A stretch of DNA of 36,040 bases from a virus (IMGVR_UViG_3300012346_000301:1-36040), one strand, 5' to 3'; shown: positions 8,337 through 18,333, counted from the stretch's first letter. The notes: a model not told the origin generated them from the sequence alone. Numbers and translations are program-made.

Positions 8337-9500
8337 TTATGCTACGTTACCTAAGTCAGCGTAAATTATTGAGTCAGTACGCAATGTATTGATTGCTTCT
8401 TGACACTCAACTCTTGCAGTTACCTTGTTTTGAACAAAGTTAGTTCCGTTCTCATAAGAGAAAGTAACGCTCAATCCCTCTGCTTCAACACGCTCTAAGT
8501 AGTCTGAATCAATGATAAGGATTTTATCATCAGTTACCCAACTTGCAGGTAATACATTCATTCCGCCTACATTGATGCTATTTTGAGTTAATTGAACCGC
8601 ACCAGCACCAGCATAGTAACCTTTACCAAATGTAGCTATTTGTAAACGTGCCATTTGTGCAGGACTTACCAAACCGTATGATGGGTTAAAGTTAGCAGTC
8701 ATTTGATTAGCAATTAACTGTAAAATTTCCTCAATATCGTTTGTTGCAGTTACAGTTGTTGAACCAGTCGCAGCACCTGAAATAGTAGAGAAAAACGCAG
8801 CATTTTCAGCCTTGTAGAAATCTCTTAATAACATACGTGTCAAAGTACCGTTCAAGAAAGGTAAGTTTTTCATCAACTGCTTAGAGAATGTTGCATAACC
8901 TGCAAGGTATGAATTTACAGTTACAACCTCTGTTAAGTCGTAGTCGATTTGTGATTTTGAACTTCCCTCTGTTTGTGCTGAAATAGAACCCTCTGAACCT
9001 GTTTCTCTGTAAGTTACATAAGTACCAGTAGGGCTATAAACAGTAGAAATTAAATCTCTAAAGTTAATTTTTTGGTTAGGCACTAAACCCTCTTTGTTTC
9101 CGTATGTACGTACAGGGTCGCCAGTCAATGAAGCCGAAGTAGTCATATCCCCAACTGCCTTTAAGTTCAATGTGAAAGTACCGTTAGCACCTTTCAAAGA
9201 CTTTTCAATTTCTGAAATACCTTTGTTTAGGTCGCCACCGCCAATTTCTTTCATTGAATCAATCATAGCATCGCCGAATGACTTTCTTTCTACTTTCTTA
9301 TCTTCTTTAGCTTTTGCTAATTTAGCGTCTAACTCGTCTGCTCTATCTGTAATTACTTTTACTTCTGCTTTCAACGCATCAACCTCTTTAGCCTTTTCGT
9401 TTACTTCGTTTTGAACATTCTCAATCTTTGAGTTTGTTTCTTTTGCTTTCGCCTCGATACTTTCGTTTATGTCCGAAGCAAGTTTTTTGATTTCTTCCAT
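8337..9500 (-). CDS. Major capsid protein (HK97 fold, N-terminal coiled-coil delta domain)
   Basis: Coiled-coil N-terminus, EGSSKSQ and NFVQNKVTARVE motifs. Follows the protease gene. Confidence 0.92.
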   Translation of the reverse strand: MEEIKKLASDINESIEAKAKETNSKIENVQNEVNEKAKEVDALKAEVKVITDRADELDAKLAKAKEDKKVERKSFGDAMIDSMKEIGGGDLNKGISEIEKSLKGANGTFTLNLKAVGDMTTSASLTGDPVRTYGNKEGLVPNQKINFRDLISTVYSPTGTYVTYRETGSEGSISAQTEGSSKSQIDYDLTEVVTVNSYLAGYATFSKQLMKNLPFLNGTLTRMLLRDFYKAENAAFFSTISGAATGSTTVTATNDIEEILQLIANQMTANFNPSYGLVSPAQMARLQIATFGKGYYAGAGAVQLTQNSINVGGMNVLPASWVTDDKILIIDSDYLERVEAEGLSVTFSYENGTNFVQNKVTARVECQEAINTLRTDSIIYADLGNVA

Positions 9501-9507
9501 CTTTTTT

Positions 9508-10167
9508 TTACTTTAAAATTGTTAAACTTTGTTTGAACTCTTTGATTAAGTCTTCAATCGGCTTTTCAATTTCAAGTGATACATCTTCTTGTATCGGCTC
9601 TACTACTTCAAGTGATTTTAATATACTCTCAATCTGTATTAATCGGCTATCAGAATAAGGTAAATTGTACATCTTTACCAATAAGTCTAAATAGTCTTTT
9701 CTCTCTTTAATGTCTGATACTATCGCTTTCTCATTCGCAGCCCAACTTGATAAAAATGAGTACTCCCAAAGCCTAACCTCGTTAATTCTCTCTTTTGCCT
9801 TTTCATCACGCTTAATAGTTTCAAAACCAATACTTAACTCTGCATTTAATCCGTTCTCTTTATAAAGAATAATATCAGAGTACATATCCTTAGATACTTG
9901 CTTATTCAAATTAAACTTTGTTACCGTTCTTAATCCGTATGGGTCGTTAGCGTCAATTTCCAAAGGAACGCCCAAAGTAACTGTACTCATATGGTCTTTC
10001 AGCACTCGAATACGTTTGAAGTTTTCTCCTACCGTTTTATTAAATGCTCCCTTACTAACTATATCCCCATCAGAATCAGAGAACTCATAAACATTGGCAT
10101 AAGCTACTACTATTCCTTTCGCTTCGTCTATGTCTTTTATTTCGTGTGAAACTTGTTTAAACTCCAT
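9508..10167 (-). CDS. HK97-family prohead protease
   Basis: DSDGDIVSKGAF, LKDH, LSIGF and LWEYSFL..AANE motifs. Confidence 0.92.
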   Translation of the reverse strand: MEFKQVSHEIKDIDEAKGIVVAYANVYEFSDSDGDIVSKGAFNKTVGENFKRIRVLKDHMSTVTLGVPLEIDANDPYGLRTVTKFNLNKQVSKDMYSDIILYKENGLNAELSIGFETIKRDEKAKERINEVRLWEYSFLSSWAANEKAIVSDIKERKDYLDLLVKMYNLPYSDSRLIQIESILKSLEVVEPIQEDVSLEIEKPIEDLIKEFKQSLTILK

Positions 10168-10183
10168 AATCTATAAATTTATA

Positions 10184-10206
10184 CAAAAATACTAAAAATT
10201 TTAGCA
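10184..10206 (-). promoter_or_regulatory. Late promoter plus palindrome
   Basis: TATTTTTG at 10184-10191 (minus). CTAAAAATTTTAG at 10192-10204. Confidence 0.75.
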
Positions 10207-10219
10207 TTTATCAATTATC

Positions 10220-11020
10220 TTATTTAGGTATGTATATTGTTGAACATCTACAATTAGCAAGGTTTTCTATACCTCCGTTTCTATCCCCTGCGTATTTCAT
10301 CTTTTTACCGCCTACTATAAAATATTCGTCTGCTTCTAATGGTTTCTTTTTACTCGATATAGCCACATCTATATGCGTTTGGCGTGGTACTTTTGGATGG
10401 TCGTGAATCCACTCTTTAAGCACCTCTATACCTGAATTAATCATACGTATATCCTTTGCCTTGCTTGAAGCCATCAGCGTTTCAGTTCTCGCAATTAGTA
10501 AAGCCCTTGCTCTCCTATTTATTCTACCATCTAAACCACCTAAAGTATATCTCTCAATTCTTTTGGCTGCTTGTTTAATCGTTTCTTTATTTTCAATCGA
10601 ATCTGAAATAGCTTTTTTAACCATTCGCTTAGTAGTGTCTGTAATCTCTTTTACGTGGTCTGCTCCTACCGTACGTAAATACTCGTTCATTTCCCTTGCA
10701 AAGATTTCACTACCAAAACCAACGCTTAATGAAGTTCCTTTGGGTAAGTACTTAATATAGTTTTTTAGTAAGAACCTCGAAGTTCTATCCGATACCTTTG
10801 GAATGAATGAAGCCATAGCATTAGCAATAGGTACATCAGTAACTAAAACAGTACTCATACTATCCATAAATACTAAACTTTCTGTATTTTCTAACCCCAA
10901 TAAAACAGGCTCAATACTTAGTTTTAACGCTGCTACAAATTTATGATAGCCTAAAACATAAAGCCTACCCATTAACTCATCCCAACGCTTAGTAATTTCT
11001 TCCTTTTCCTTATCGGTCAT
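10220..11020 (-). CDS. Minor head protein (SPP1 gp7 / Mu F family)
   Basis: RALLIARTET, KEW, R.TH and ANCRCS motifs. Confidence 0.88.
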   Translation of the reverse strand: MTDKEKEEITKRWDELMGRLYVLGYHKFVAALKLSIEPVLLGLENTESLVFMDSMSTVLVTDVPIANAMASFIPKVSDRTSRFLLKNYIKYLPKGTSLSVGFGSEIFAREMNEYLRTVGADHVKEITDTTKRMVKKAISDSIENKETIKQAAKRIERYTLGGLDGRINRRARALLIARTETLMASSKAKDIRMINSGIEVLKEWIHDHPKVPRQTHIDVAISSKKKPLEADEYFIVGGKKMKYAGDRNGGIENLANCRCSTIYIPK

Positions 11021-12281
11021 TTTCGTTTAGGTCTAAATCTATATCCAGTTCATCTAATGGAACTAAATTCGATGGTATTAAGAACTTATCTAACAATCCA
11101 TCCTCAATTAATGGCAAGTTCATATACTTTCTTTTCTCATTAGGTGTAATCCAATAAGCATCTTTTAAACTCGATACCATCGTTTGAATATCGTCTTGTA
11201 ACTCTGCAAAGTGTGATATATCATACTCTATAATATACTCCATATCATTAACCGCTTCATTCAACGCATCCTGAAACAAGTTAAGCAATGGTACGCATAC
11301 GTTATTAACCAATGATTTATAAGCTTCTGCCTTGTTATTATAGCTTGAACCCTCTACACTAAATAAAATAGGGTCTACTCCATATATCTTTGATAGTTGG
11401 TAAGCATCAAACTGAATAGATTTTAATATTTCTAAATCTGCTGGACTCATTCCTATCTGTTGGTAGTTTACAAGTCCATTAGTAGCGGTAATCCCTTTAG
11501 TATTATCCGTACCTGTTAGTTTACTCTTTATTAGGTCGTTTAACTGTGCTATCTGTTCAACGCTCATAGGGTTATTAGCATCAGCACTCGATAATAGTCC
11601 GTGAGTACCACCATTTAAGAACGCTTTAATCTTAGCGTTTAATCCCTCGTTTGAACTTTGAACCGTACTTAATGCAGCCATCAAAGGACTTTGACCATAA
11701 AGCTGCTCTCCACTTACCCCAAAATTAGGATTGAAGTATTTTATATGTATAACCTCGTCTTTACCAAAGATAACTTCTTGGTCGCCTATAATCATTTTAT
11801 AACCCTCTATTGGGTCAGTCCAACCACCGCCAATAATTTGAACATATTGAGATGGTAAACAATAAAGTCTATTTACCTTACCTTTGTCTTTTCCTGTTAA
11901 GTAAGGCAGCTTATAAATGTATAAATCCCCTGTAATTAGCAACCAACTTAAAGCTTCTTCAATAAATTGTTGTTGTCTTTCGCTTTCGTTAGGTCGTTGT
12001 AAAAGTCTATAAAGATAATTAGTAGTATCTATTAGTTCTACCTTTTCATTTCTTATTGTAGTGTATGCTTTTAGCTTAGCTCCTGCCGCCTTACCTGCTA
12101 TTAGCTTGATAATAGAATAAACATCTAAATTTTTTTGGTAGCCCTCTTTAACGTATGTTTCTTTATTCTGTGGTAAGGTATAAAAATATCCATTAAAAAA
12201 AGAGTAAATTGCTTTATAAAATGAGTTTTGAATCTCTGACTTGCCAAATAGAGAGTTTATAGCCTTTTGAAATCTATTCAT
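11010..12281 (-). CDS. Portal protein (HK97 family)
   Basis: LLQRPN, EVIHIK, YGQSPL, YGVDP and ITPNEKR motifs. Confidence 0.93.
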   Translation of the reverse strand: MNRFQKAINSLFGKSEIQNSFYKAIYSFFNGYFYTLPQNKETYVKEGYQKNLDVYSIIKLIAGKAAGAKLKAYTTIRNEKVELIDTTNYLYRLLQRPNESERQQQFIEEALSWLLITGDLYIYKLPYLTGKDKGKVNRLYCLPSQYVQIIGGGWTDPIEGYKMIIGDQEVIFGKDEVIHIKYFNPNFGVSGEQLYGQSPLMAALSTVQSSNEGLNAKIKAFLNGGTHGLLSSADANNPMSVEQIAQLNDLIKSKLTGTDNTKGITATNGLVNYQQIGMSPADLEILKSIQFDAYQLSKIYGVDPILFSVEGSSYNNKAEAYKSLVNNVCVPLLNLFQDALNEAVNDMEYIIEYDISHFAELQDDIQTMVSSLKDAYWITPNEKRKYMNLPLIEDGLLDKFLIPSNLVPLDELDIDLDLNENDR

Positions 12282-12298
12282 AATTAAAATTATTTATA

Positions 12299-12323
12299 CA
12301 AAAATACTAAAAATTTTAGTATT
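12299..12323 (-). promoter_or_regulatory. Late promoter plus perfect palindrome
   Basis: Same 25-mer as 3670-3694. Confidence 0.75.
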
Positions 12324-13101
12324 AATTTATGTTTACATCCGTTCTTTCACTATTAGCCATCGTTGCTTCTACCTTATCAATAGTATCGCTTAAATCCCTA
12401 AATATTACAGTCGCATTACCCCCACCTAAGTCTACTATCTCTGTCTTACCCGCAGCAACCGCTACTAATATTTTCATAACATCCTCTGCCGTATAAGTGC
12501 CGTCTACCTGTAAGTTCCATACCCCATCTACAATCTGTTGTACTGTTGCTTCCGACTGATTAACGTAAATAGTAGCCGACATACTCGCCTTACCTTTCAA
12601 ATTACCAGATATAGCACCCTCGCCAATTAACGTAGCTGCAATATTAGATATTAACTTCATCGAAGCGTCTAAATCCCCTGAACCTGCTAAGTCCGCAGCC
12701 ATTTGCAACGTACCCACCATAGCACCACTTAATGAGCCTGTACCCATTAAGTCCGATGCCATCTGAATAATAAGAGAAAGGTTACCTACCAACTCCCCTG
12801 AACCATCTAATTGAGCGTCTAAATTCTTAGCCATCGTTAACCCCGATGAAATAGAACCCGTACCGCTTATATTTGTACTCGATGATAACTCACCACCCTT
12901 TAACCCCATAACAATAGAATAAGGGGGCTGCGTACCCGTTGGAAATGCAGTTATAACAATTCTTGAATTACCAATAGATGTATAACCAAACATATAATTA
13001 ATAAATCCTGACGGTTTATACTTGTTGAATAAATCCGTAGTACCGCCTGTGGTTTTACCCACCAAAGCACAATTTATAAGAGTGTAGTTATTTAGTAGCA
13101 T
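12322..13101 (-). CDS. Putative structural fibre protein with L-x-G-x-G-x-L repeats; start revised to MLLNNY
   Basis: About 20-aa periodic repeats (ISGTGSISSGL, LDGSGELVGNL, LMGTGSLSGAM, LAGSGDLDASM, LIGEGAISGNL). ATG lies 1 nt after the previous stop. Confidence 0.6.
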   Translation of the reverse strand: MLLNNYTLINCALVGKTTGGTTDLFNKYKPSGFINYMFGYTSIGNSRIVITAFPTGTQPPYSIVMGLKGGELSSSTNISGTGSISSGLTMAKNLDAQLDGSGELVGNLSLIIQMASDLMGTGSLSGAMVGTLQMAADLAGSGDLDASMKLISNIAATLIGEGAISGNLKGKASMSATIYVNQSEATVQQIVDGVWNLQVDGTYTAEDVMKILVAVAAGKTEIVDLGGGNATVIFRDLSDTIDKVEATMANSERTDVNIN

Positions 13102-13102
13102 A

Positions 13103-14272
13103 TTATCCCCATACAAAATCACAATGACCTGAAATAGCACTATTTGTAGGTGTCGCTAAACCACTACCTAATATCCAATATAAAGCAGCACCATCGTACA
13201 CACGTGGCAAACTCGGTAGTTCAGTTAATAAGTTTCTTTCACTCGCTAAACCTAAAGTAGATAATGGAACTCTTGCAATTTCCTTAATTAAAGCTACCGT
13301 ATATTCTCCCGATACATAAGAAACAGAATTTTGAATAGTATTAACCTCTGCTATACCTGCATCACCTGACTGTAATGGCATAGTAAAGTTATATTTACCC
13401 GTTCCTGTTGCACCTGTGTAAAGAATTAAACTATTTGAAGCTGCGGTCTTTCCAATAGGTAGCACCGTTGGCGTAGCCCTTGAAGTTGTTTGAGCCGAAT
13501 TAGTATAACCAAGTGATAAGTTAGGCGTAGCAGCACCCAAAGGCGTAGCGTTTGAGTTAAAGAATATAGCCTGAACCCCTGAACCGTTTGTATATCTTGG
13601 AAGTAACCAACTCATAGTATGCGTTCCTGTTCCTGTTGAAGTAATGTTAATTGCAGTACCCGCAATAGCATTAGCGTATGATGTAGCTAACTTTACAGTT
13701 GAATCACCCACCCTAATAACGTAATAATCCGTTGCTGCCGATAATCCCGCAGGTAACGTAGTTGTTGTTGATACCCTTACCCTCGTACCTGTTAATAAAT
13801 TACTCGGTAAATTAGCCGTTGAAGTAAAAGTAATAATATCCGTTGTGTCATCTGCCGTAAACGTGTCTGACTGCCCTAATGTATTAGTTGTAGCTTGTGC
13901 CGTTGTAGTAGTTACTGATGTAACCCTATAAAAGCCTATAACATCTACTAATACCATCGTTGCAGGTGCTACCGTTGCTGCGGCCGTTACTGCCGACATA
14001 GATAATAAATGTTTACTATATCCACTCGCTTGTACGTTTCCCCCGTGTGGCATATTACCAGCACTTGTAGTAGTATCTTTTACCGCTTGGAATGTTAAGT
14101 TAGTACCTGTGTTAAACAAAGCATCAGAAGCAGGATTACCAGCACCCCTGAACAATGTATGCCACTCATTGGCTACTGCTGCCGTAGTAGGATTAAAATT
14201 CTTACCAAACATAGCCTTATAGGTCTGTCCGTTTGCTAAAGCACTTATTAATGAATCGTGAGAAGTTATCAT
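13103..14272 (-). CDS. Putative structural protein, paralog of 14287..15144, with an inserted beta domain
   Basis: LPRYTNGSGVQ, YTNS, PLQSGDAG and LPRVYDGA shared with its neighbour. Confidence 0.65.
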   Translation of the reverse strand: MITSHDSLISALANGQTYKAMFGKNFNPTTAAVANEWHTLFRGAGNPASDALFNTGTNLTFQAVKDTTTSAGNMPHGGNVQASGYSKHLLSMSAVTAAATVAPATMVLVDVIGFYRVTSVTTTTAQATTNTLGQSDTFTADDTTDIITFTSTANLPSNLLTGTRVRVSTTTTLPAGLSAATDYYVIRVGDSTVKLATSYANAIAGTAINITSTGTGTHTMSWLLPRYTNGSGVQAIFFNSNATPLGAATPNLSLGYTNSAQTTSRATPTVLPIGKTAASNSLILYTGATGTGKYNFTMPLQSGDAGIAEVNTIQNSVSYVSGEYTVALIKEIARVPLSTLGLASERNLLTELPSLPRVYDGAALYWILGSGLATPTNSAISGHCDFVWG

Positions 14273-14286
14273 ATCTTTTTATTTTA

Positions 14287-15144
14287 TTATTTCCAAATTA
14301 CTTTTATATCCCCTATTATCCCCGTTGCTGCTAATGTACCCTGTGGCAAACATACCGCACTTAAAAAAGCATCATCATACACTCTCGGTAAGTCCGAACT
14401 ATGTATTAAATAGTCTTTCTCCATTGGTGTAGTTATTTCTTTTATTATCGTTTGTGCTAATGGCTTAACAAGTATAAGAGAGAATAAACCTACATCTACG
14501 TTATTCATTGTAACGCTCTGTATAGACCTTACGCCTGTATCACCAGCCTGTAAGGGTATAAAAGGTGTAGAACTCATCTCTAATGATGTGTCTGACTTGC
14601 CTAATATAGCACCTATGGCAGCCGATGAACTCTGAAATACCGCACTTGTAACCCTATCCGCAACCCCTTGCGAATTAGTGTATTTTACTGTGAAACTTTG
14701 CCCTCCTGTACGTGAAGCAATAGAAACGGCTAATATTTGAACCCCCTCGCCATCTGCATACCTTGATAAACCAACGGTATTATCCATTAGCTGCTCATCC
14801 GTAGTACCATCGTCAATAGTAGGATAGTAAAGTAGATAATCACATAAATATATAGTCAAAGGTAACGCAGTAACCGTATTGGTTAAAAAAGTACTCATTC
14901 TTAAATACTTTTCTGATGGACTTACATTCGCACCATGATAAAAACCACCGTCAGCACTCTGTGTAATTACCTTTGCCGTTAATGGTGTTGAATCAAACCA
15001 AAATTTAGGCGTTGGATTGCCTGAACTCATAGATAAATCAAACCACACTCCTGCCGTTGTAGTTTGTGTAGGGTTCTTTCTAAAAGCATACCTACGCACT
15101 CTACCTTCTAACTCTGAATCTACTATATCCTTTATTCCGTTCAT
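14287..15144 (-). CDS. Putative structural protein
   Basis: LCDYLLYYP, LSRYADGEGVQ, YTNSQG, PLQAGDTGVRSI and LPRVYDDA. Confidence 0.65.
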   Translation of the reverse strand: MNGIKDIVDSELEGRVRRYAFRKNPTQTTTAGVWFDLSMSSGNPTPKFWFDSTPLTAKVITQSADGGFYHGANVSPSEKYLRMSTFLTNTVTALPLTIYLCDYLLYYPTIDDGTTDEQLMDNTVGLSRYADGEGVQILAVSIASRTGGQSFTVKYTNSQGVADRVTSAVFQSSSAAIGAILGKSDTSLEMSSTPFIPLQAGDTGVRSIQSVTMNNVDVGLFSLILVKPLAQTIIKEITTPMEKDYLIHSSDLPRVYDDAFLSAVCLPQGTLAATGIIGDIKVIWK

Positions 15145-15278
15145 CCTTTTATACCGCCTTGACCTTGTGCTGATGCTGACATATCACAAATGATAGGTGC
15201 ATTACACTTACATTGTTTTATAGGCTTCTCATCTTTAATAATGATTACCCCTTTGCCGCACTCCTTACACTTATACAT
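15141..15278 (-). CDS. Small Cys-rich (CxxC...CxC) peptide, 45 aa
   Basis: Hand-translated MYKCKECGKGVIIIKDEKPIKQCKCNAPIICDMSASAQGQGGIKG. Coupled to both neighbours by TAATG and ATGA overlaps. Confidence 0.75.
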   Translation of the reverse strand: MYKCKECGKGVIIIKDEKPIKQCKCNAPIICDMSASAQGQGGIKG

Positions 15279-15688
15279 TAGTCTTCTGTTATTACCAACG
15301 CACCGATAGCAAATTGAGGTTGAATACCTGTACTTATTGAACGTGAAGCAGTCAAAGCACCACTATACAATATCTGACCTGCACCCGATGAAGTAGTTAC
15401 TATACTTACGTGTGTTATCGTTTCACTACCCGAAGTACATTCAGGAAACTGTAAAAGCCCTGTATTAGAACTTGAACCACCTGATGCAGCCGTAAATCCC
15501 GTTGCAGCCGTTACCGATACCCTCGCATAAGAACCATACGCAGCTTCACTCGTTACCGCCGTACCAGCATCCGCAGGGTCTGCCGTATGTAATGCAATGT
15601 ATCTATTTGCGTTACTTCTCCAAGATGGGTCTACCGCTCTTAATATAGCGTCTAATGTATCGTTTTCTGTTGAATTACTTTTACTCAT
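15278..15688 (-). CDS. Small tail-fibre-associated structural protein
   Basis: YIALHTADP...SE..YGSYARV...FP...TITHV...ILYSGAL motif of a widespread phage minor structural family. Confidence 0.7.
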   Translation of the reverse strand: MSKSNSTENDTLDAILRAVDPSWRSNANRYIALHTADPADAGTAVTSEAAYGSYARVSVTAATGFTAASGGSSSNTGLLQFPECTSGSETITHVSIVTTSSGAGQILYSGALTASRSISTGIQPQFAIGALVITED

Positions 15689-15704
15689 ATCTTTGTTTAT
15701 TTAA

Positions 15705-16412
15705 TTACCATCCACTTGGAAAATAAGAATAACCACCCGAACCGCCGCCTGTGCTATCCGTTGCATTTATCCATATACTCCCGTTATATTTTAATACTTG
15801 ACCGTTTGTAGGGCTTGTTATAGTTACATCGTTAATATCCCCTAATGCGTTTATTGCAGTAGCCCCATCTTCTACGTTTAACATCGCCCTTACTTGGTCA
15901 TCTGTTAAATCCTCTACTACTCCCGTTCCACTCGATACCCTACCTTTAATAATATTTTGACTTACATTGGATAACTTAGCGTTCGTTATAACTCCGTTGT
16001 CTATTGTCCAACTATCACCAACTACGGTTATATCCCCCTTATCGCCATTCGTAACCCCTCCTGAACCTGCACCCTCAACCCAGTCCGTACCATCCCATAC
16101 TAATGAATCACCAATAGATGGATTAGCGTTGAAGTCTAATAAGTCATCACTACTTATCTGTGTAGCTTCTTCTATTAATTCGTTGAAGTTTGAAACTGAT
16201 ATCGGCGTGAATCCGTTTACTCTTATGTTTGAGTAGTGGACTAAGTGCCTACCATTTAAAGTAAAAGATATATAATCACTTTCAGGAATAAAAAGAATCT
16301 TACTATTATCTGTGTTTATTACCCCTATTATAGTAGTTTTATTCAATGGTGCAAAAAAGGTACTAACCTCTAATGTATCAACACTTGAATTAAAATTATA
16401 TATTTGAGCCAT
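15705..16412 (-). CDS. Fibre-like protein
   Basis: GDSLVWDGTDWV, GDKGDITV...WTIDNGVITNAKL and LGDINDVTITSPTNGQVLKYNGSIWIN fibre repeats. Confidence 0.65.
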   Translation of the reverse strand: MAQIYNFNSSVDTLEVSTFFAPLNKTTIIGVINTDNSKILFIPESDYISFTLNGRHLVHYSNIRVNGFTPISVSNFNELIEEATQISSDDLLDFNANPSIGDSLVWDGTDWVEGAGSGGVTNGDKGDITVVGDSWTIDNGVITNAKLSNVSQNIIKGRVSSGTGVVEDLTDDQVRAMLNVEDGATAINALGDINDVTITSPTNGQVLKYNGSIWINATDSTGGGSGGYSYFPSGW

Positions 16413-16416
16413 AGTA

Positions 16417-16439
16417 CAAAAATACTAATATTTTTAGCA
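16417..16439 (-). promoter_or_regulatory. Late promoter plus palindrome variant; probably leaderless
   Basis: TATTTTTG at 16417-16424 (minus), CTAATATTTTTAG at 16425-16437, ATG 4 nt downstream of the -7 box. Confidence 0.7.
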
Positions 16440-16440
16440 A

Positions 16441-17838
16441 TTACAAAGCTATAAATTCATATCCCTTAACCAGTAACCTGTTAATTGCTTGTACTAAAGC
16501 ATCGTTTAAGTCATCGTGCTTATTATTAGGAAACATTAATATACCTTGCTTATCGTCATAATACAACTTATTTACTAATCTTTCAGCTATGTATATCATT
16601 CCTGCTTCTGCAAATGGTGTGGACTGTGTAGCCCTCGCAACCTTATCCCCTCCGTTTACTTTTACTTCTATTGCAGGTATTCCCATCTTAGATAAACTTT
16701 GTTTAGCACTCTTACCACTCGCTTTAGCTTCTATGTAGTGAGGTGCTTTCTTAACTTTCATATAGTTGATTAAATCAGGAAACTCTAACCACTCAAAACC
16801 CAAATCTACAATATACATATCATTTCCAACCTTGCCACTTGTTACGTATGCACTCGCTGAATTAGTTTCTTTTTCTGTGTAGGCTAAATCCCAATCAGTA
16901 CCTAAATTATTTAAGTTCTTAGGAATATCACTATCAGGAATAACTTTAAACCATTTTTTCCATATACCACCATCAACAGGGGCAGGGCTTTGTTGCATTT
17001 GACCTGAATAACCGTAAGAGCCTAAATCTATCTTCATATCAGTTAATACGCTTTTAGATAGCCTTACAGGGTCTAACAGTCCATCAATGTATTTATCTTC
17101 TAATTCCTTTGGCTTTATATTTTCGCTCTTTTCGGCAGGTAGGCAAATATGTTTTAGCTTCTTCCCTTTTTTACTTAACCAATTACCAGTAGGGTCGTTT
17201 TCGTGTAACCTCTGCATAATTAATATAGTAGGTGTTACTTCTTTATCTACTTTCCTTGTTGATAATGTAGTGTCCATAAAATCGTTTGCAGATTTACGCT
17301 CTACTTCGCTTGTTGCTTCTTTTGCGTTCAAAGGGTCATCTACTATAATTAAATGAGCGTGAAAGCCTGTAATAGTTCCTGTAACAGATGTAGCGTACCT
17401 TTCCCCTCCGTTGGTATTCTTGTAATGCCCTTTGTTATTTTGGTCTGCTTTTAGTTCTATATCCCCAAAGTAAGATTTATACTTATCACTCTGTATTATA
17501 TCCCTTGACCTCGTAGCGTGGTCTAAGCTTAATGAACTTGAATAAGAAGCGGTAAGAGTTCTAACAGTTGGGTCTATTGTCCATATCCACGCAGGTAGCA
17601 TTACAGTACATATAGTACTCTTTGAAGTTCCTGGCGGTATGTTAATTACTAAATCGTATTCCTTTGGCTTTCTATCTGACATTAAAAGAGAAATTTTCTG
17701 CAATTCCTCACATAAATACATAATGTGCCAGTTCCATACAGGCGTATCGGGTATAACTTCATACCAAAATTCCTGAACAAAATAGAAAAAATCTCTTTTA
17801 CATAGTTCCGCTTTCGCTTTGGTTATCTCCACTTGCAT
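16441..17838 (-). CDS. terL: Terminase large subunit
   Basis: Walker A INIPPGTSKS, Walker B IIVDDP, IMQRLHEND; nuclease WDLA and HDDLNDA. Confidence 0.95.
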   Translation of the reverse strand: MQVEITKAKAELCKRDFFYFVQEFWYEVIPDTPVWNWHIMYLCEELQKISLLMSDRKPKEYDLVINIPPGTSKSTICTVMLPAWIWTIDPTVRTLTASYSSSLSLDHATRSRDIIQSDKYKSYFGDIELKADQNNKGHYKNTNGGERYATSVTGTITGFHAHLIIVDDPLNAKEATSEVERKSANDFMDTTLSTRKVDKEVTPTILIMQRLHENDPTGNWLSKKGKKLKHICLPAEKSENIKPKELEDKYIDGLLDPVRLSKSVLTDMKIDLGSYGYSGQMQQSPAPVDGGIWKKWFKVIPDSDIPKNLNNLGTDWDLAYTEKETNSASAYVTSGKVGNDMYIVDLGFEWLEFPDLINYMKVKKAPHYIEAKASGKSAKQSLSKMGIPAIEVKVNGGDKVARATQSTPFAEAGMIYIAERLVNKLYYDDKQGILMFPNNKHDDLNDALVQAINRLLVKGYEFIAL

Positions 17839-18106
17839 TAATAATCTCCTTTAGTGCTGCATCGGATAGCTTAGAATAGTCAATAGTGTTCTTTGTTTCT
17901 ATCTTTCCGCTTATTTCTGTTGGTATTAACCTTGCTGCTATGGTGTAAAAATCTCTTGGGTAAGTCTTAGCGAACTGTACTATATTTACTTTTGGGTCAT
18001 CCTGAATTTCATTAAAAGCCTGTAATACCGTTTCCCTAACAGTTTTAGTTATCTTATTTACCGCTCCTTTTGGTCTGCCTGAATTTCCCTTTTGAAACTT
18101 TGCCAT
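17798..18106 (-). CDS. terS: Terminase small subunit (DUF5681-like N-terminus)
   Basis: KFQKGNSGRPKGAVNK and DYSKLSDAALKEI. Directly upstream of terL. Confidence 0.75.
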   Translation of the reverse strand: MAKFQKGNSGRPKGAVNKITKTVRETVLQAFNEIQDDPKVNIVQFAKTYPRDFYTIAARLIPTEISGKIETKNTIDYSKLSDAALKEIINASGDNQSESGTM

Positions 18107-18132
18107 AATCGTTATTAAACGTAATTTACGTA

Positions 18133-18147
18133 CAAAGATACTAAAAA
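18133..18147 (-). promoter_or_regulatory. Late promoter (half palindrome) for terS
   Basis: TTTTTAG-TATCTTTG on the minus strand. Confidence 0.6.
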
Positions 18148-18170
18148 GCCCCCAAAGATAAAAGAGGGCT
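18143..18170 (-). terminator. Intrinsic terminator ending the middle operon
   Basis: AGCCCTC-TTTTATCTTT-GGGGGCT followed by TTTT. Confidence 0.7.
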
Positions 18171-18333
18171 AATGTTTCTTAACATACCAGTATAAAACAT
18201 CTTTTAAAAATTCGCTTTTAGTAGCATAATCCTTAGCTTCTTGCTCTGTTTCAAATTCTAACCTTACGCCTTTATGCCCAATATAAATATATTCGTTTAT
18301 AGCGTGTTTTTGTTTGAAGTGGATTAGATACAT
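18169..18333 (-). CDS. Hypothetical protein, 54 aa
   Basis: Hand-translated MYLIHFKQKH...FETEQEAKDYA...KKH. Fills the gap between neighbours. Confidence 0.6.
   Translation of the reverse strand: MYLIHFKQKHAINEYIYIGHKGVRLEFETEQEAKDYATKSEFLKDVLYWYVKKH

Noticed and set aside
16441-17838. Intein or intron in terL (also considered for the helicase and portal genes)
   Set aside because: Lengths are normal, motifs are contiguous, and no intein splice-junction motifs are visible.
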